Source: Alphaproteobacteria bacterium (GTDB taxonomy: Bacteria > Pseudomonadota > Alphaproteobacteria > JABAAW01). Taken from it: a DNA stretch of 64,000 nucleotides. A program made the translations under genes and the position numbers. The notes beneath the pieces were generated by a model. It was not told the origin of the DNA. It saw only the letters and a program-made list of their open reading frames with translations, and ran no database searches. Numbering within the stretch: the stretch's first letter is position 1; each line of letters opens with the position of its first letter. The DNA lies in assembly GCA_965216625.1 (NCBI GenBank), contig OZ244186.1, forward strand, positions 3,594 through 67,593, given 5' to 3'. Shown piece by piece: positions 1 to 9,417 of the stretch.

Positions 1-274
1 CGTTTCTTGCAAGCAGAGTATATCAGGGCGCAACTGAGCCGCTACGCGCGCGAGGCTCGACAAGCGCAGGCGGACAGAGTTGATGTTCCAAGTAGCGATA
101 CGGAGCGTGCAAGATGCCATAAACAGCAGGGTAGCACGGATTGCTCGCACCTTCTCGCACCTTAAAGGCTCGCTTTCAAGTAAGATGCGCCTTAAAGATG
201 CACCTTTAAGATTAGCTTGGCATGCTTCTTGCGAAGAAAGAGGCGTGAGTTTTCTAGTAGCAGAGAGGAATTCC

Positions 275-967
275 ATGTTTTCGGTTTCCACCCTTCGTCT
301 TTGTCGAGTTTCGTTGTTGGTTGCGGTCAGCCTTTTCTTCGCGCTCGTGCCTGTGCGCGCCAAAGCTTGGTATGTCGGCGTGGACGGATACTACGGCGGA
401 TTGGGTGTCGATGGGCTTGTCGATGATCTCTTTACGGTGATCAATGAAAATCGACCCACATTTCACGGCGGCGGCGGCAGATTGCTCATCGGCGTTGGTA
501 GAAAATGGGTGACAGAGTTTTCGCTCGGCTTCCATCAAGGTTTGCGCTTTGAAATAGGCGCGCCTCAGAGCTCGCAAGAAATTCTACAAAATGCTTTGGA
601 TCAAGTTATTAATGGGGAAACACTTTCCTTCACTATCGAGCAACTTACGGGCGGCACGCGCATATTAACAAAAACGCTTTACGCCACCGTTGGCATAGAA
701 GGCAGGTATTTCGTCTTCGGCGATTTCGCCTACGATCCCGATGTTCCCAACGATCTCTACTTTGGGGTTGGCGGGCAATGGGCTTATCCCAGTTTTTTGG
801 AAGGTGTTTCCTACCTTTCTGCCATCCCCTCGCTGACGATGACAACGGGATACACACGCCGTATCACGCGCTCGTTGTTTATAGATTTCGGCGTAGAGGT
901 CGCCGTGCTTCCTATGCCGCCGTCTAATATCGTCAACGGCAAAATAGGGTTCAAATACGCTTTCTGA
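275..967 (+). CDS. Small outer-membrane beta-barrel protein, paralog 1. The start is taken at the signal-peptide Met; the ORF track begins at 80.
   Basis: N-terminal signal peptide MFSVSTLRLCRVSLLVAVSLFFALVPVRA. C-terminal aromatic-x-Phe end (KYAF) typical of beta-barrel OMPs. First of three tandem similar genes. Confidence 0.5.
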   Translation: MFSVSTLRLCRVSLLVAVSLFFALVPVRAKAWYVGVDGYYGGLGVDGLVDDLFTVINENRPTFHGGGGRLLIGVGRKWVTEFSLGFHQGLRFEIGAPQSSQEILQNALDQVINGETLSFTIEQLTGGTRILTKTLYATVGIEGRYFVFGDFAYDPDVPNDLYFGVGGQWAYPSFLEGVSYLSAIPSLTMTTGYTRRITRSLFIDFGVEVAVLPMPPSNIVNGKIGFKYAF

Positions 968-1092
968 AAGCGGTGCTGAACGCGGTTATTCGATTCTTGC
1001 AGTCAATTTTTCGTGAAATCGCCAATGCCTTGCCGTTTTGTGTTACCATGCTTTTTGTCATGAACATCAACCCTTCGATCGGGAAACATCCC

Positions 1093-1761
1093 ATGAAAAC
1101 AAGATCTAAAACTTTTGCCACGAGCAGCGTTCCGAACAAGCTTTGGGGCATCGCGGTGGCTTTCCTGCTCGGCTTTCTGCTGTTCCTGCCGCAGAGTGCG
1201 CGCGGAGACGATAGCGCGAGCAACGACGATAGCGCGCGCGATGAGCGAGCGCGCAATAATCTAGAGCGTAAAGACAGTCGAGCGCGCGGCGAGGTTGCCG
1301 TGTTGGGAGGTTACGGCTTTCTAGAAGAGGGTGTGTCGGCGCCTTTCACCAAGGTTTCGTTCTCTTTTGGCAAGCGCGTCGTTTTTGATTTTAACGGCGG
1401 GATTGTCTTAGCTGGCCTTGAGGATACATTATTCAAGGAGTTCACCCAAGCATTTGAGTCGGCGCAGGGTAAAAAAGGTATTGAGATTCCTAAGAGCAGC
1501 CTGCGTTACAGCGTAGGGTTGGAGATTCGATCGTTTATCCGCAGGTCCAGCGAACGGAACAATTTCTACTGGGGTGCGGGTGCTGACTGGTTGCCGCAGT
1601 TGAAAACTTATTACCCTGGCATCAAAATTGTTGCGGGGTATCAGCTCTCTTTGTTGAAAAAGAAAAATTTCATCATTCGTTTAGGCACAGAGTATTACCT
1701 TTACGGCGTGGTACCTGGCAATCCTCTTTCGCTCACGACCTCTTTGGGTTATAGATTCTAG
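1093..1761 (+). CDS. Small outer-membrane beta-barrel protein, paralog 2.
   Basis: Signal peptide MKTRSKTFATSSVPNKLWGIAVAFLLGFLLFLPQSARG. C-terminal GYRF. The ATG at 1093 is taken as start over the ORF-track start at 973. Confidence 0.5.
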   Translation: MKTRSKTFATSSVPNKLWGIAVAFLLGFLLFLPQSARGDDSASNDDSARDERARNNLERKDSRARGEVAVLGGYGFLEEGVSAPFTKVSFSFGKRVVFDFNGGIVLAGLEDTLFKEFTQAFESAQGKKGIEIPKSSLRYSVGLEIRSFIRRSSERNNFYWGAGADWLPQLKTYYPGIKIVAGYQLSLLKKKNFIIRLGTEYYLYGVVPGNPLSLTTSLGYRF

Positions 1762-1770
1762 CGAAGTAAG

Positions 1771-2316
1771 ATGCGCGCTATTTTCTTGCGTTGTTGTGCT
1801 TTCGTTCTAGTGGCGGGGGGGATATTGTTTTTTGCAGGCGTGGTGCAAGCGCGGATAGCGCAGGCGTGGTTTGTTTCTATTGATGGTTCTGTTTCGCCTT
1901 TGTCGGAGCCGTTGGCGGGACGTGTTAAAATTGCTTCGGGGATAGGCAGGGGGCATTGGCAGTTTGAGGGATCGCTCAGTTTTATTCCGGTTGAGGATTT
2001 TATTCTTTACAAGGGTGGCAGTGGTAATGTTGATGAGGATCTTAAGAATTACCCTGTTTTTTTGGGTTTGGGTTCGCGTTATTATATTTTTTCGGAGACT
2101 CCTTATGCGAGGCGGCATGATATGTATATGGGGGGTGGATTAGATTTTCCGATTCCGTCTGTAGGGGATAGTTTTTTACCGGGGTTTAGTATTGGGGGGG
2201 GTTATGCTTTACGGCTTCATCGCAAGATTATTATGGAGATGGGGATTGATTATTATTTTTATGGTGCTTTGACTAACGAGGTATTTTTGGGGTTGGGGTT
2301 TAAGGGAGTTTTTTAG
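1771..2316 (+). CDS. Small outer-membrane beta-barrel protein, paralog 3 (OmpW/OMP_b-brl-like).
   Basis: Signal peptide followed by QAWFVSIDGS. C-terminal KGVF. Codon usage is strikingly G/T-ending (ttt, ggg, tat, gat). Confidence 0.5.
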   Translation: MRAIFLRCCAFVLVAGGILFFAGVVQARIAQAWFVSIDGSVSPLSEPLAGRVKIASGIGRGHWQFEGSLSFIPVEDFILYKGGSGNVDEDLKNYPVFLGLGSRYYIFSETPYARRHDMYMGGGLDFPIPSVGDSFLPGFSIGGGYALRLHRKIIMEMGIDYYFYGALTNEVFLGLGFKGVF

Positions 2317-2329
2317 TTGCGCTTGTGCT

Positions 2330-2650
2330 GTGGCGTGCGGGGGAGTGTGGGGGGAGAGTGAGTAATTTTTACGGATGCAAAACGAACGCGCGCCTTAGCG
2401 CGCGTGGGGGTGTGGGGGGGCTTTGCCCCCCCGCAAAAGACCCCGCGTCAGCGGGGCGCGATAGCGCCTTCTACACACTTTGCGCTACGCGCAAAGTGTG
2501 TAGCCTCTTATTCAAAAGCGCGTTTCGCAGAAACGCGCAAACTGACTCGTAGCATGGTACGACGACTATGTTCTCCTCGCCCTAGCGACAAGAAGAACGC
2601 GCGAAGCGCGCCTCTTATTCAAAAGCGCGAGACTTTGTGCTATAACAACC
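2330..2650. repeat. Composite GC-rich palindromic interspersed repeat cluster (modules shared with 18765-19019, 44287-45470, 50545-51130, 53533-54090, 59393-60072).
   Basis: Contains ccccgcaaaagaccccgcgtcagcggggcgcgatagcgcc, cctcttattcaaaagcgcg, gcgtttcgcagaaacgc and the gactcgtagcatggtac...cctagcgacaa module, each seen again elsewhere in the window. Confidence 0.8.
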
Positions 2651-2652
2651 AA

Positions 2653-4203
2653 ATGGTCGCCCGCGTTCAAACCCTGATGTTCCAAGGCGTCGAAGCCCGT
2701 CGCGTCGAAGTGCAAGTCGGACTGACCGGCGGCTTGCCATCATTCAATATCGTAGGACTCGCCGATAAAACGGTCGGCGAATCACGCGAACGTATCCGTA
2801 CCGCACTCGCCCACTCAGGACTCTCGCTGCCTCCGAAACGCATCACCGTCAATCTCTCCCCCGCCGACCTAGCAAAAGAAGGTAGCCACTTCGACCTGCC
2901 AATCGCGCTCGGATTGCTGAGCGCGCTCGGTATCGTAGAACAAGAAAGCCTGTCGCGTATCTTCGCACTCGGCGAACTGAGCCTCGACGGAAGGCTGCTA
3001 CCCGTCCCAGGTATCCTCTCCGCCGCGCTCACAGTGCACCAAGAACAAGGCAAACTGCTCTGCCCGCAAGACAACGGCAGCGAAGCAGCCTGGGTGAAAG
3101 GACTGCCCATCCTGCATGTAGCCTCCTTGGGCGAAGCGATAGAAGAACTGCGCAACCCGACAGAACGCCCCCCTCCACAACCCCTCGTTGTGCAGCATCG
3201 CTCCGTTCCCCACGACTACTCCGATCTGAAAGGGCAAGAAAGCGCGAAACGAGCGATCGAAATCGCCGCCGCAGGAGGACACAATATTCTGATGATCGGA
3301 ACACCAGGAGCAGGCAAATCTATGCTCGCCGAACGCTTTCCCTCCATCCTGCCGCCAATGACCGCGCACGAAGTTTTGGAAACAGCCCGCATCCAATCGA
3401 TCGCCGGCAACTTCTTAGACGACAAAGAACCCAAAGGTCCAACTCCGCAAAGACCCTTCCGCGCTCCGCATCACTCGGCATCGCTGCCCGCGCTCGTCGG
3501 AGGAGGCAGGAACGCCCTGCCCGGCGAAATATCGCTCGCGCACAACGGCGTGCTGTTCCTCGACGAACTGCCCGAATTTTCTCGCCAAGCCCTCGAAGCC
3601 CTAAGGCAACCGCTGGAGAGCGGCTCGATCTCAGTAGCACGAGCCAACGCGCATGTCACCTATCCCGCAAAGTTTCAACTGGTCGCCGCCATGAATCCCT
3701 GTCGCTGCGGCTACTTGGAAGACCCCAAACGAGCCTGTCGGAAAGCACCCCTGTGCGCCGAAGACTATCAAAAACGCTTGTCAGGACCGCTGTTGGATAG
3801 AATCGATCTGTTTATGGGCGTGCAACCCGTCGAACCCTATCAACTGCAGCGCGGTGCCCGCGGCGAGAACTCGGCGAGCATCGCGTCGCGAGTGCTGGCA
3901 GCCCGCGAACGCCAAGTCGTACGCTACCTCCGCAAGAAACACAAAGACCACCCCCCCATCGTTTGCAACGCGCATGTGCCCGCAGGAGATATAGAAACCC
4001 TCGTGGATGCCTCGCAACAAGCGTTGGATTTGTTACGCCACGCCGCCTCGCAGTTCTCGCTTTCTGCACGAGGCTACTATCGAACGCTGCGCGTGGCGCG
4101 CACGATCGCCGACCTCCAAGCGCAGCAGGAGATTCCACAACAAGCCATGTCGGAAGCCCTCTCGTTTAGAAAGCTGCCTCTGCAAACCGCCGCGCTCGAT
4201 TGA
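2653..4203 (+). CDS. comM: Mg-chelatase-like AAA ATPase of the YifB/ComM family.
   Basis: The N-terminus MVARVQTLMFQGVEARRVEVQV...PSFNIVGLADKTVGESRERIRTAL is typical of YifB/ComM, and Walker A GTPGAGKSM is present. The ATG at 2653 is taken as start; the ORF-track N-terminus overlaps a repeat. Confidence 0.8.
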   Translation: MVARVQTLMFQGVEARRVEVQVGLTGGLPSFNIVGLADKTVGESRERIRTALAHSGLSLPPKRITVNLSPADLAKEGSHFDLPIALGLLSALGIVEQESLSRIFALGELSLDGRLLPVPGILSAALTVHQEQGKLLCPQDNGSEAAWVKGLPILHVASLGEAIEELRNPTERPPPQPLVVQHRSVPHDYSDLKGQESAKRAIEIAAAGGHNILMIGTPGAGKSMLAERFPSILPPMTAHEVLETARIQSIAGNFLDDKEPKGPTPQRPFRAPHHSASLPALVGGGRNALPGEISLAHNGVLFLDELPEFSRQALEALRQPLESGSISVARANAHVTYPAKFQLVAAMNPCRCGYLEDPKRACRKAPLCAEDYQKRLSGPLLDRIDLFMGVQPVEPYQLQRGARGENSASIASRVLAARERQVVRYLRKKHKDHPPIVCNAHVPAGDIETLVDASQQALDLLRHAASQFSLSARGYYRTLRVARTIADLQAQQEIPQQAMSEALSFRKLPLQTAALD

Positions 4204-4298
4204 CGCTGCTACCACCCTCGAAAAAGCTTGCTTCTGCCACACACAAAGGTTACAAAGAACACTCAGAGCAGAGAGAACAAGACGAGAGAAGCATCACC

Positions 4299-4703
4299 AT
4301 GGCAAAGCCTCTCCACAAAAATAGCGCGGAAGCCATGAGACCCATCTCGCCGCATTTGCAAATCTATCGCTGGCAATGGACGATGGCACTCTCCATCGTT
4401 CATCGCCTGACGGGGTTGTATATCTCTGCGGGCATCGTCTTCTTGTGCATGAAAATCATCGTCTTGGGCTTTTTTGGGGCTGAATATTTCTCTATGTTCA
4501 CGCAATTTTCTTCCATCAGAGTGTTTCCCTACCTCAAGATGTTTTTCGTTTGGTGCTTGACCTATCACATGCTGAACGGAGTGCGTCATCTCGTTTGGGA
4601 TACGGGACGAGGGCTGGGTTTGAAAGTCGCCGCCATTTCAGGCTATTCGACCGCGCTGTTCTCGCTGCTGCTTACATGGCTGTACTGGAACTACTGGCTC
4701 TGA
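4299..4703 (+). CDS. sdhC: Succinate dehydrogenase cytochrome b556 subunit.
   Basis: The ISPHLQIYRWQWTMALSIVHRLTG motif, three TM segments, and a position directly upstream of sdhD/A/B. The start could instead be the ATG at 4335. Confidence 0.75.
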   Translation: MAKPLHKNSAEAMRPISPHLQIYRWQWTMALSIVHRLTGLYISAGIVFLCMKIIVLGFFGAEYFSMFTQFSSIRVFPYLKMFFVWCLTYHMLNGVRHLVWDTGRGLGLKVAAISGYSTALFSLLLTWLYWNYWL

Positions 4704-4704
4704 C

Positions 4705-5094
4705 ATGCTTCGCAAAATCATACGCTTCGCAGGCTTCTTCGTCCTTCCCTACAGAGACCGCACAGGATACAAGCATTGGATCAACCAGCGCATCACCGCT
4801 ATCGCCATGCTCCCCCTTTATGCGTGGTTGCTACTCACAGCCCTTCCCGCCGCGAGCGTCGCACAATATGCGGAACTCCTGCTTTGGATGCAAAATCCTG
4901 CGAACGCGCTACTCCTCTATTTCACGATCGTCTTCTCGTTGCATCACATGGTGCTGGGGTTGGAGACGATGATCCAAGACTACATCGCAACGCCCGCGCT
5001 CAATGCGCTCGCCCTCTTTTTCGTAAGTTGGGGTACCTTCCTTTTTATGCTGGCGGTGCTTGCCGCAATGTTTCGTATCCTATGGCAATCTTGA
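4705..5094 (+). CDS. sdhD: Succinate dehydrogenase hydrophobic membrane anchor subunit.
   Basis: A 129-aa hydrophobic protein lying between sdhC and sdhA. Confidence 0.7.
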   Translation: MLRKIIRFAGFFVLPYRDRTGYKHWINQRITAIAMLPLYAWLLLTALPAASVAQYAELLLWMQNPANALLLYFTIVFSLHHMVLGLETMIQDYIATPALNALALFFVSWGTFLFMLAVLAAMFRILWQS

Positions 5095-5133
5095 TGGCAA
5101 TTCTGACGCAACCTATTTCGTGAGAGCGATTCC

Positions 5134-6933
5134 ATGCCGCAAGCCTACGATCTGACAGACCATGCCTACGATGTGCTCGTCGTCGGTGCCGGCGGTAGCG
5201 GGTTGCGTGCGACGCTGGGCGTTGTCGAGGCAGGGCTCAGCACCGCCTGCATCAGCAAACTCTTTCCGACGCGAAGCCACACTGTCGCCGCGCAAGGCGG
5301 CATCTCTGCCTCGCTCGGCAATATGGGCGAAGACCACTGGGCTTGGCACATGTACGACACGGTCAAGGGGTCGGACTGGCTCGGCGATCAAGACGCCATC
5401 GAATACATGGTTCGCGCCGCCGTCGATGCCGTCGTCGAGCTGGAACACTACGGTATGCCCTTCTCACGCACCGAGGAGGGAAAGATCTACCAACGACCTT
5501 TTGGCGGCATGACGACGAAGTTCGGAAAAGGTCCTGCCGCCGAGCGCACCTGCGCCGCCGCCGACAGAACCGGACACGCCATGCTCCATACGCTCTATCA
5601 GCAGTGTTTGAAGCGCAAGGCTGCCTTCTTCGTCGAATACTTCGTGCTCGACCTGCTCTTCGACGGCGAGGAAAAATGTTGCGGTGTGTTAGCGTGGAAC
5701 TTGGCAGACGGATCGCTCCATCGCTTTCGTGCGCGTGCGACCATATTAGCTACGGGCGGCTACGGCAGGGTCTACTTCTCTTGCACCTCGGCGCATTCTT
5801 GCACGGGCGACGGCGGCGGCATGGCGTTGCGCGCGGGGTTGCCTTTGCAAGACCCCGAGTTCGTGCAATTTCATCCGACGGGAATCTATGGCGCGGGTTG
5901 CCTCATCACGGAGGGAGCGCGCGGCGAAGGGGGCTATTTGACGAACAGCGAAGGAGAGCGTTTTATGGAACGATACGCTCCGTCGGCGAAAGACCTGGCC
6001 TCGCGCGATGTCGTCTCGCGTGCGATGACGCTGGAAATTCGCGAGGGACGCGGGGTTGCCAAGAAGGGGCAGAAGAAAGGAGACCATATCCTGCTCCATT
6101 TGGAGCATCTGCCGCCGAAGGTTTTGCACGAAAGGCTACCTGGCATTTCGGACACGGCGCGCATCTTCGCCGATGTGGATGTCACCAGAAAGCCCATTCC
6201 CGTTCTGCCGACCTGTCACTACAACATGGGCGGCGTTCCCACCTTGCATTCGACGGCGGTCGTCAATCCTATAGGCAAGGACGAAAACCGCGTCGTCGAG
6301 GGTCTGTTCGCCGTCGGAGAGGCGGGTTGCGTCTCTGTCCATGGAGCGAATCGTCTAGGGTCGAACTCGTTGCTCGATCTCGTCGTCTTCGGCAAGGCGG
6401 CGGGGGAGGCTTGCGCGAAGAAGCTCAAGGGGAAAGGGAAAGTTCCTCCCATGCCGACGAGGGCTTGCGAACAAAAAGCATTAGAGCGTTTCGATCGCTT
6501 GCGACACGCGCAAGGCGAACACAAGACCGCCGATTTGCGAGATGCCTTGCAGCATCTCATGCAGGAGGATTGCGCCGTCTTTCGGAGCGAGGATGTTTTG
6601 CAGCAGGGCATTGAGCGTGTGCAAGAGTTGTGGCAGAAGCTGCCGCATATTGCGGTGTCGGATCGTTCGTTGATTTGGAACTCTGACCTTATGGAGACGC
6701 TTGAATTTGAAAATCTGTTGTTGTGCGCAACGGCGACACTCGCCTGCGCCTTCGAGCGCACCGAGAGTCGTGGTGCGCATGCACGCGAAGATTTTCCCAA
6801 GCGCAACGACAAGACTTGGATGCAACATTCGGTTGTTTGGGTTGATGACGGCAAGACACGTTTTTCCAAGCGAAAAGTTCACAGCAAGCCTCTGACGGCG
6901 AAAACTATTCCGCCGCAAGAGCGCGTCTATTAA
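5134..6933 (+). CDS. sdhA: Succinate dehydrogenase flavoprotein subunit.
   Basis: FAD-binding [24 protein letters not shown], and [14 protein letters not shown]. 599 aa. Confidence 0.95.
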   Translation: MPQAYDLTDHAYDVLVVGAGGSGLRATLGVVEAGLSTACISKLFPTRSHTVAAQGGISASLGNMGEDHWAWHMYDTVKGSDWLGDQDAIEYMVRAAVDAVVELEHYGMPFSRTEEGKIYQRPFGGMTTKFGKGPAAERTCAAADRTGHAMLHTLYQQCLKRKAAFFVEYFVLDLLFDGEEKCCGVLAWNLADGSLHRFRARATILATGGYGRVYFSCTSAHSCTGDGGGMALRAGLPLQDPEFVQFHPTGIYGAGCLITEGARGEGGYLTNSEGERFMERYAPSAKDLASRDVVSRAMTLEIREGRGVAKKGQKKGDHILLHLEHLPPKVLHERLPGISDTARIFADVDVTRKPIPVLPTCHYNMGGVPTLHSTAVVNPIGKDENRVVEGLFAVGEAGCVSVHGANRLGSNSLLDLVVFGKAAGEACAKKLKGKGKVPPMPTRACEQKALERFDRLRHAQGEHKTADLRDALQHLMQEDCAVFRSEDVLQQGIERVQELWQKLPHIAVSDRSLIWNSDLMETLEFENLLLCATATLACAFERTESRGAHAREDFPKRNDKTWMQHSVVWVDDGKTRFSKRKVHSKPLTAKTIPPQERVY

Positions 6934-6953
6934 GGAACGAGCAGGAGGATTTT

Positions 6954-7766
6954 ATGGCTCAGCTTTTTTTACCGCGCAATTCTCGTATCAAGGGGGGCAA
7001 GAAGTGGAAGTTGCCGAAGGTTGATGAGGCACGGCGCGTGCGCAAGCGGACATTTCGGGTCTATCGTTGGGGGGGCGAGCAGGGGGAGCGTCCTCGAGTT
7101 GATCGTTACACGATCGATCTCAATCGTTGTGGGCCGATGGTTCTCGACGGGTTGATTGCCATCAAGAATACTATCGATCCGACGCTCACTTTTCGTCGTT
7201 CGTGTCGTGAGGGGGTTTGTGGTTCGTGTGCGATGAACATCGATGGCACGAACACGCTGGCTTGCACGAAGCCGATGGCGGAGATCAAGGGGCCTGTGCG
7301 TATTTTTCCTCTGCCTCATTGTCGCGTTGTGAAGGATCTTGTGCCTGACTTGAGCCAAGCCTATCAGCAGTTTGCCTCGATTCAGCCGTGGTTGCAGGAT
7401 GCGTCCAAGGTTGAGAAGGTAAGGAAGGTTGCGAAAGGCGCGCGGGAGCGACTTCAAACGCCGCAGGAGCGCGCTAAACTTGACGGTTCTTACGAGTGTA
7501 TTTTGTGTTTTTGTTGCACGACGAGTTGTCCGAGTTATTGGTGGAACAGCGAGAAGTATTTAGGACCTGCGGTTTTGTTGCAGGCTTACCGCTGGCTGAT
7601 GGATTCGCGTGATGGTGCGGGGGGGAAGAGGTTGCGGAAGATTGCTGATCCTTTCAAGTTATATCGTTGTCATACGATTATGAATTGCACTAAGGCTTGT
7701 CCTAAGGGATTGAATCCGGCGCGGGCTATTGCGGAGATTAAAAAGCGGATTGCCACTGAGATCTGA
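6954..7766 (+). CDS. sdhB: Succinate dehydrogenase iron-sulfur subunit.
   Basis: [17 protein letters not shown] and [17 protein letters not shown] cysteine clusters. 270 aa. Confidence 0.9.
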   Translation: MAQLFLPRNSRIKGGKKWKLPKVDEARRVRKRTFRVYRWGGEQGERPRVDRYTIDLNRCGPMVLDGLIAIKNTIDPTLTFRRSCREGVCGSCAMNIDGTNTLACTKPMAEIKGPVRIFPLPHCRVVKDLVPDLSQAYQQFASIQPWLQDASKVEKVRKVAKGARERLQTPQERAKLDGSYECILCFCCTTSCPSYWWNSEKYLGPAVLLQAYRWLMDSRDGAGGKRLRKIADPFKLYRCHTIMNCTKACPKGLNPARAIAEIKKRIATEI

Positions 7767-7792
7767 ACGCGCTTGAGCGCGCGTTTGTTTTG
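7767..7792 (+). terminator. Putative rho-independent terminator of the sdh operon.
   Basis: The acgcgcttgagcgcgcgt hairpin followed by tttgtttt, immediately after the sdhB stop. Confidence 0.45.
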
Positions 7793-7804
7793 CATCCGTA
7801 AAAT

Positions 7805-7828
7805 CCCCCCCCCTCCCCCCCCCCCCCA
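7805..7828. repeat. Homopolymeric C tract (C8-T-C14) in a convergent intergenic region.
   Basis: The sequence cccccccctcccccccccccccc, read directly. Related G-tracts GGGGGTGTGGGGGG recur in the repeat nests. Confidence 0.9.
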
Positions 7829-7833
7829 CGCGC

Positions 7834-9417
7834 TTACAGAGGGATTTGCAAGTTCGCCCTCAGTCCTCCCTGCGGCGACGAATCGAGCGTCAAATCTCCT
7901 CCATGAATTCGCGCAATGTCCCGCGCAATAGAAAGCCCTAATCCGATTCCTCCCGTCTCCTGACTGCGCGAACTCTCCAAGCGGAAGAAAGGTCGGAAAA
8001 CCTCGCGCAGGTAAGGGGCAGGAATGCCAGGTCCGTCGTCATCGACAAGGATCTCAATATGCCCGCGTCGCTGCCCGACAAGCACCGATACATTGTTGCC
8101 ATAACGATGCGCGTTCGATAACAAATTGTCCAAACAACGGCGCAACGCATTCTCACGCCCAGTGATGATAAAACGCCCCTCCATGTGACAAAAAAGACGG
8201 CTGCCTGAGCTTTGATACCGTCGTATCAATTTGTCGATCAATGCCGTCAAATCTAGCGTGGCGACACGCTCGCTGCCCTCGCTACGCGCAAAAGCTAGGT
8301 ATCCCTCGATCATCGCCTCCATCTCCTTCACATCGCCCTCGATCGCGCGCACGAGCGGATCTCTCGACATCGCTACCTGCAACCTGATGCGCGTCAAAGG
8401 CGTTCTCAAGTCATGGCTCACGCCCGAAAGCATGTCGGTGCGCTGGCGCATCTGACGAAAGATCCGACGACGCATGCGGTTGAAAGCCTGAATCGCATTT
8501 CGTACCTCGCGCGCTCCTCGGCTGTCGATTCGCTCGGTCGTGTCATGCCCCTTGCCGAACTGGTCGGCGACACGCTCTAAATGCCGCAGAGGACGCACCT
8601 GATTTCTCATAAACAAAGCTGCTATCGAAAAAAGCAGAACAGAAGAACCCACCATCCACATCACAAAGATATAGGTCGTCGCACTAAAAAGTCGCTCGCG
8701 CGGAATCACCGTTTGCAAAACGCCCTCTGCAAGTTGCACTTGCACGACAACTTGGTTAGAAAACGATTCGGTGTCGATGACAAAAGGACGCTTCACTTTC
8801 TCCCGCAAAGCTTTGCCCAAGTGCCGCGTGAAAAAACCGAACCGCTGCGCCTGCGCCGATGCCGTATCGATCGTCTGTCCGCGGAACATACTTAGGGGCA
8901 AGTTCAAGTGCTTCTCATACACCGCCGAAAGTTGAGGAAGGCTCTCAGGGTTGTCGTGCATCATGTCGAGCGCCAAGTTCATCTCGGATGCAATCGAACT
9001 CGCCATGCTCTGCGCGATGATCGTCCAGTGGCGGTTGAAAAAGGCGTAGGCGGCGGCTATCTGCACCGCGATTAGAGGAATGACGATGATCAAAAGCGCG
9101 CGAGCAAAAAGCGTCTTCGGCCATAGAGTTTGCAGCGCGTTCGCAGACATCGCCTTCAGGCGCACGAAAGGAGAGCGCGGCGCAGGGTGGCGTCGGCGAC
9201 GCGCGACGCGCGCAAAAGTATTCTCCAGAGTGTTCTCTAGAGTATTTTCCAAAGTATGTTTTAGTGTGTTCCCTAATGTTTTAACTAGCGCGCCGATAGT
9301 GCGCAGAGCGACGGAAAGAGGCGACTTGTTCGACAAAGCGACAACCTCCGTGCGCGTCGTGCGTGCGCTGCGCGTAGGCTTCGCAGAGGAGGATGCGAGA
9401 GGGGAGCGTCGTTTCAC
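7834..9417 (-). CDS. Sensor histidine kinase, EnvZ/ChvG-like (HAMP, HisKA and HATPase domains).
   Basis: H-box SGVSHDLRTPLTRIRL; ATP-binding G-boxes DDGPGIP and GGIGLGLSIARDIARIHGG; two TM segments. The ATG at 9417 overlaps the response-regulator stop (ATGA); an alternative start is the ATG at 9150 (MSANALQ). Confidence 0.8.
   Translation of the reverse strand: MKRRSPLASSSAKPTRSARTTRTEVVALSNKSPLSVALRTIGALVKTLGNTLKHTLENTLENTLENTFARVARRRRHPAPRSPFVRLKAMSANALQTLWPKTLFARALLIIVIPLIAVQIAAAYAFFNRHWTIIAQSMASSIASEMNLALDMMHDNPESLPQLSAVYEKHLNLPLSMFRGQTIDTASAQAQRFGFFTRHLGKALREKVKRPFVIDTESFSNQVVVQVQLAEGVLQTVIPRERLFSATTYIFVMWMVGSSVLLFSIAALFMRNQVRPLRHLERVADQFGKGHDTTERIDSRGAREVRNAIQAFNRMRRRIFRQMRQRTDMLSGVSHDLRTPLTRIRLQVAMSRDPLVRAIEGDVKEMEAMIEGYLAFARSEGSERVATLDLTALIDKLIRRYQSSGSRLFCHMEGRFIITGRENALRRCLDNLLSNAHRYGNNVSVLVGQRRGHIEILVDDDGPGIPAPYLREVFRPFFRLESSRSQETGGIGLGLSIARDIARIHGGDLTLDSSPQGGLRANLQIPL

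Noticed and set aside
5343-6614. Long alternative-frame or antisense ORFs inside strongly conserved genes. Examples: 5343..6614 within sdhA; 20699..21727 and 21037..22026 within leuA; 23173..24564 within ETF-QO; 46017..47414 and 49006..49914 within gdhB; 26499..27587 within secY; and many within the RTX gene.
   Set aside because: These are typical high-GC frame artefacts (Arg, Ala and Pro-rich, with no homology). They are fully overlapped by genes whose identity is unambiguous.
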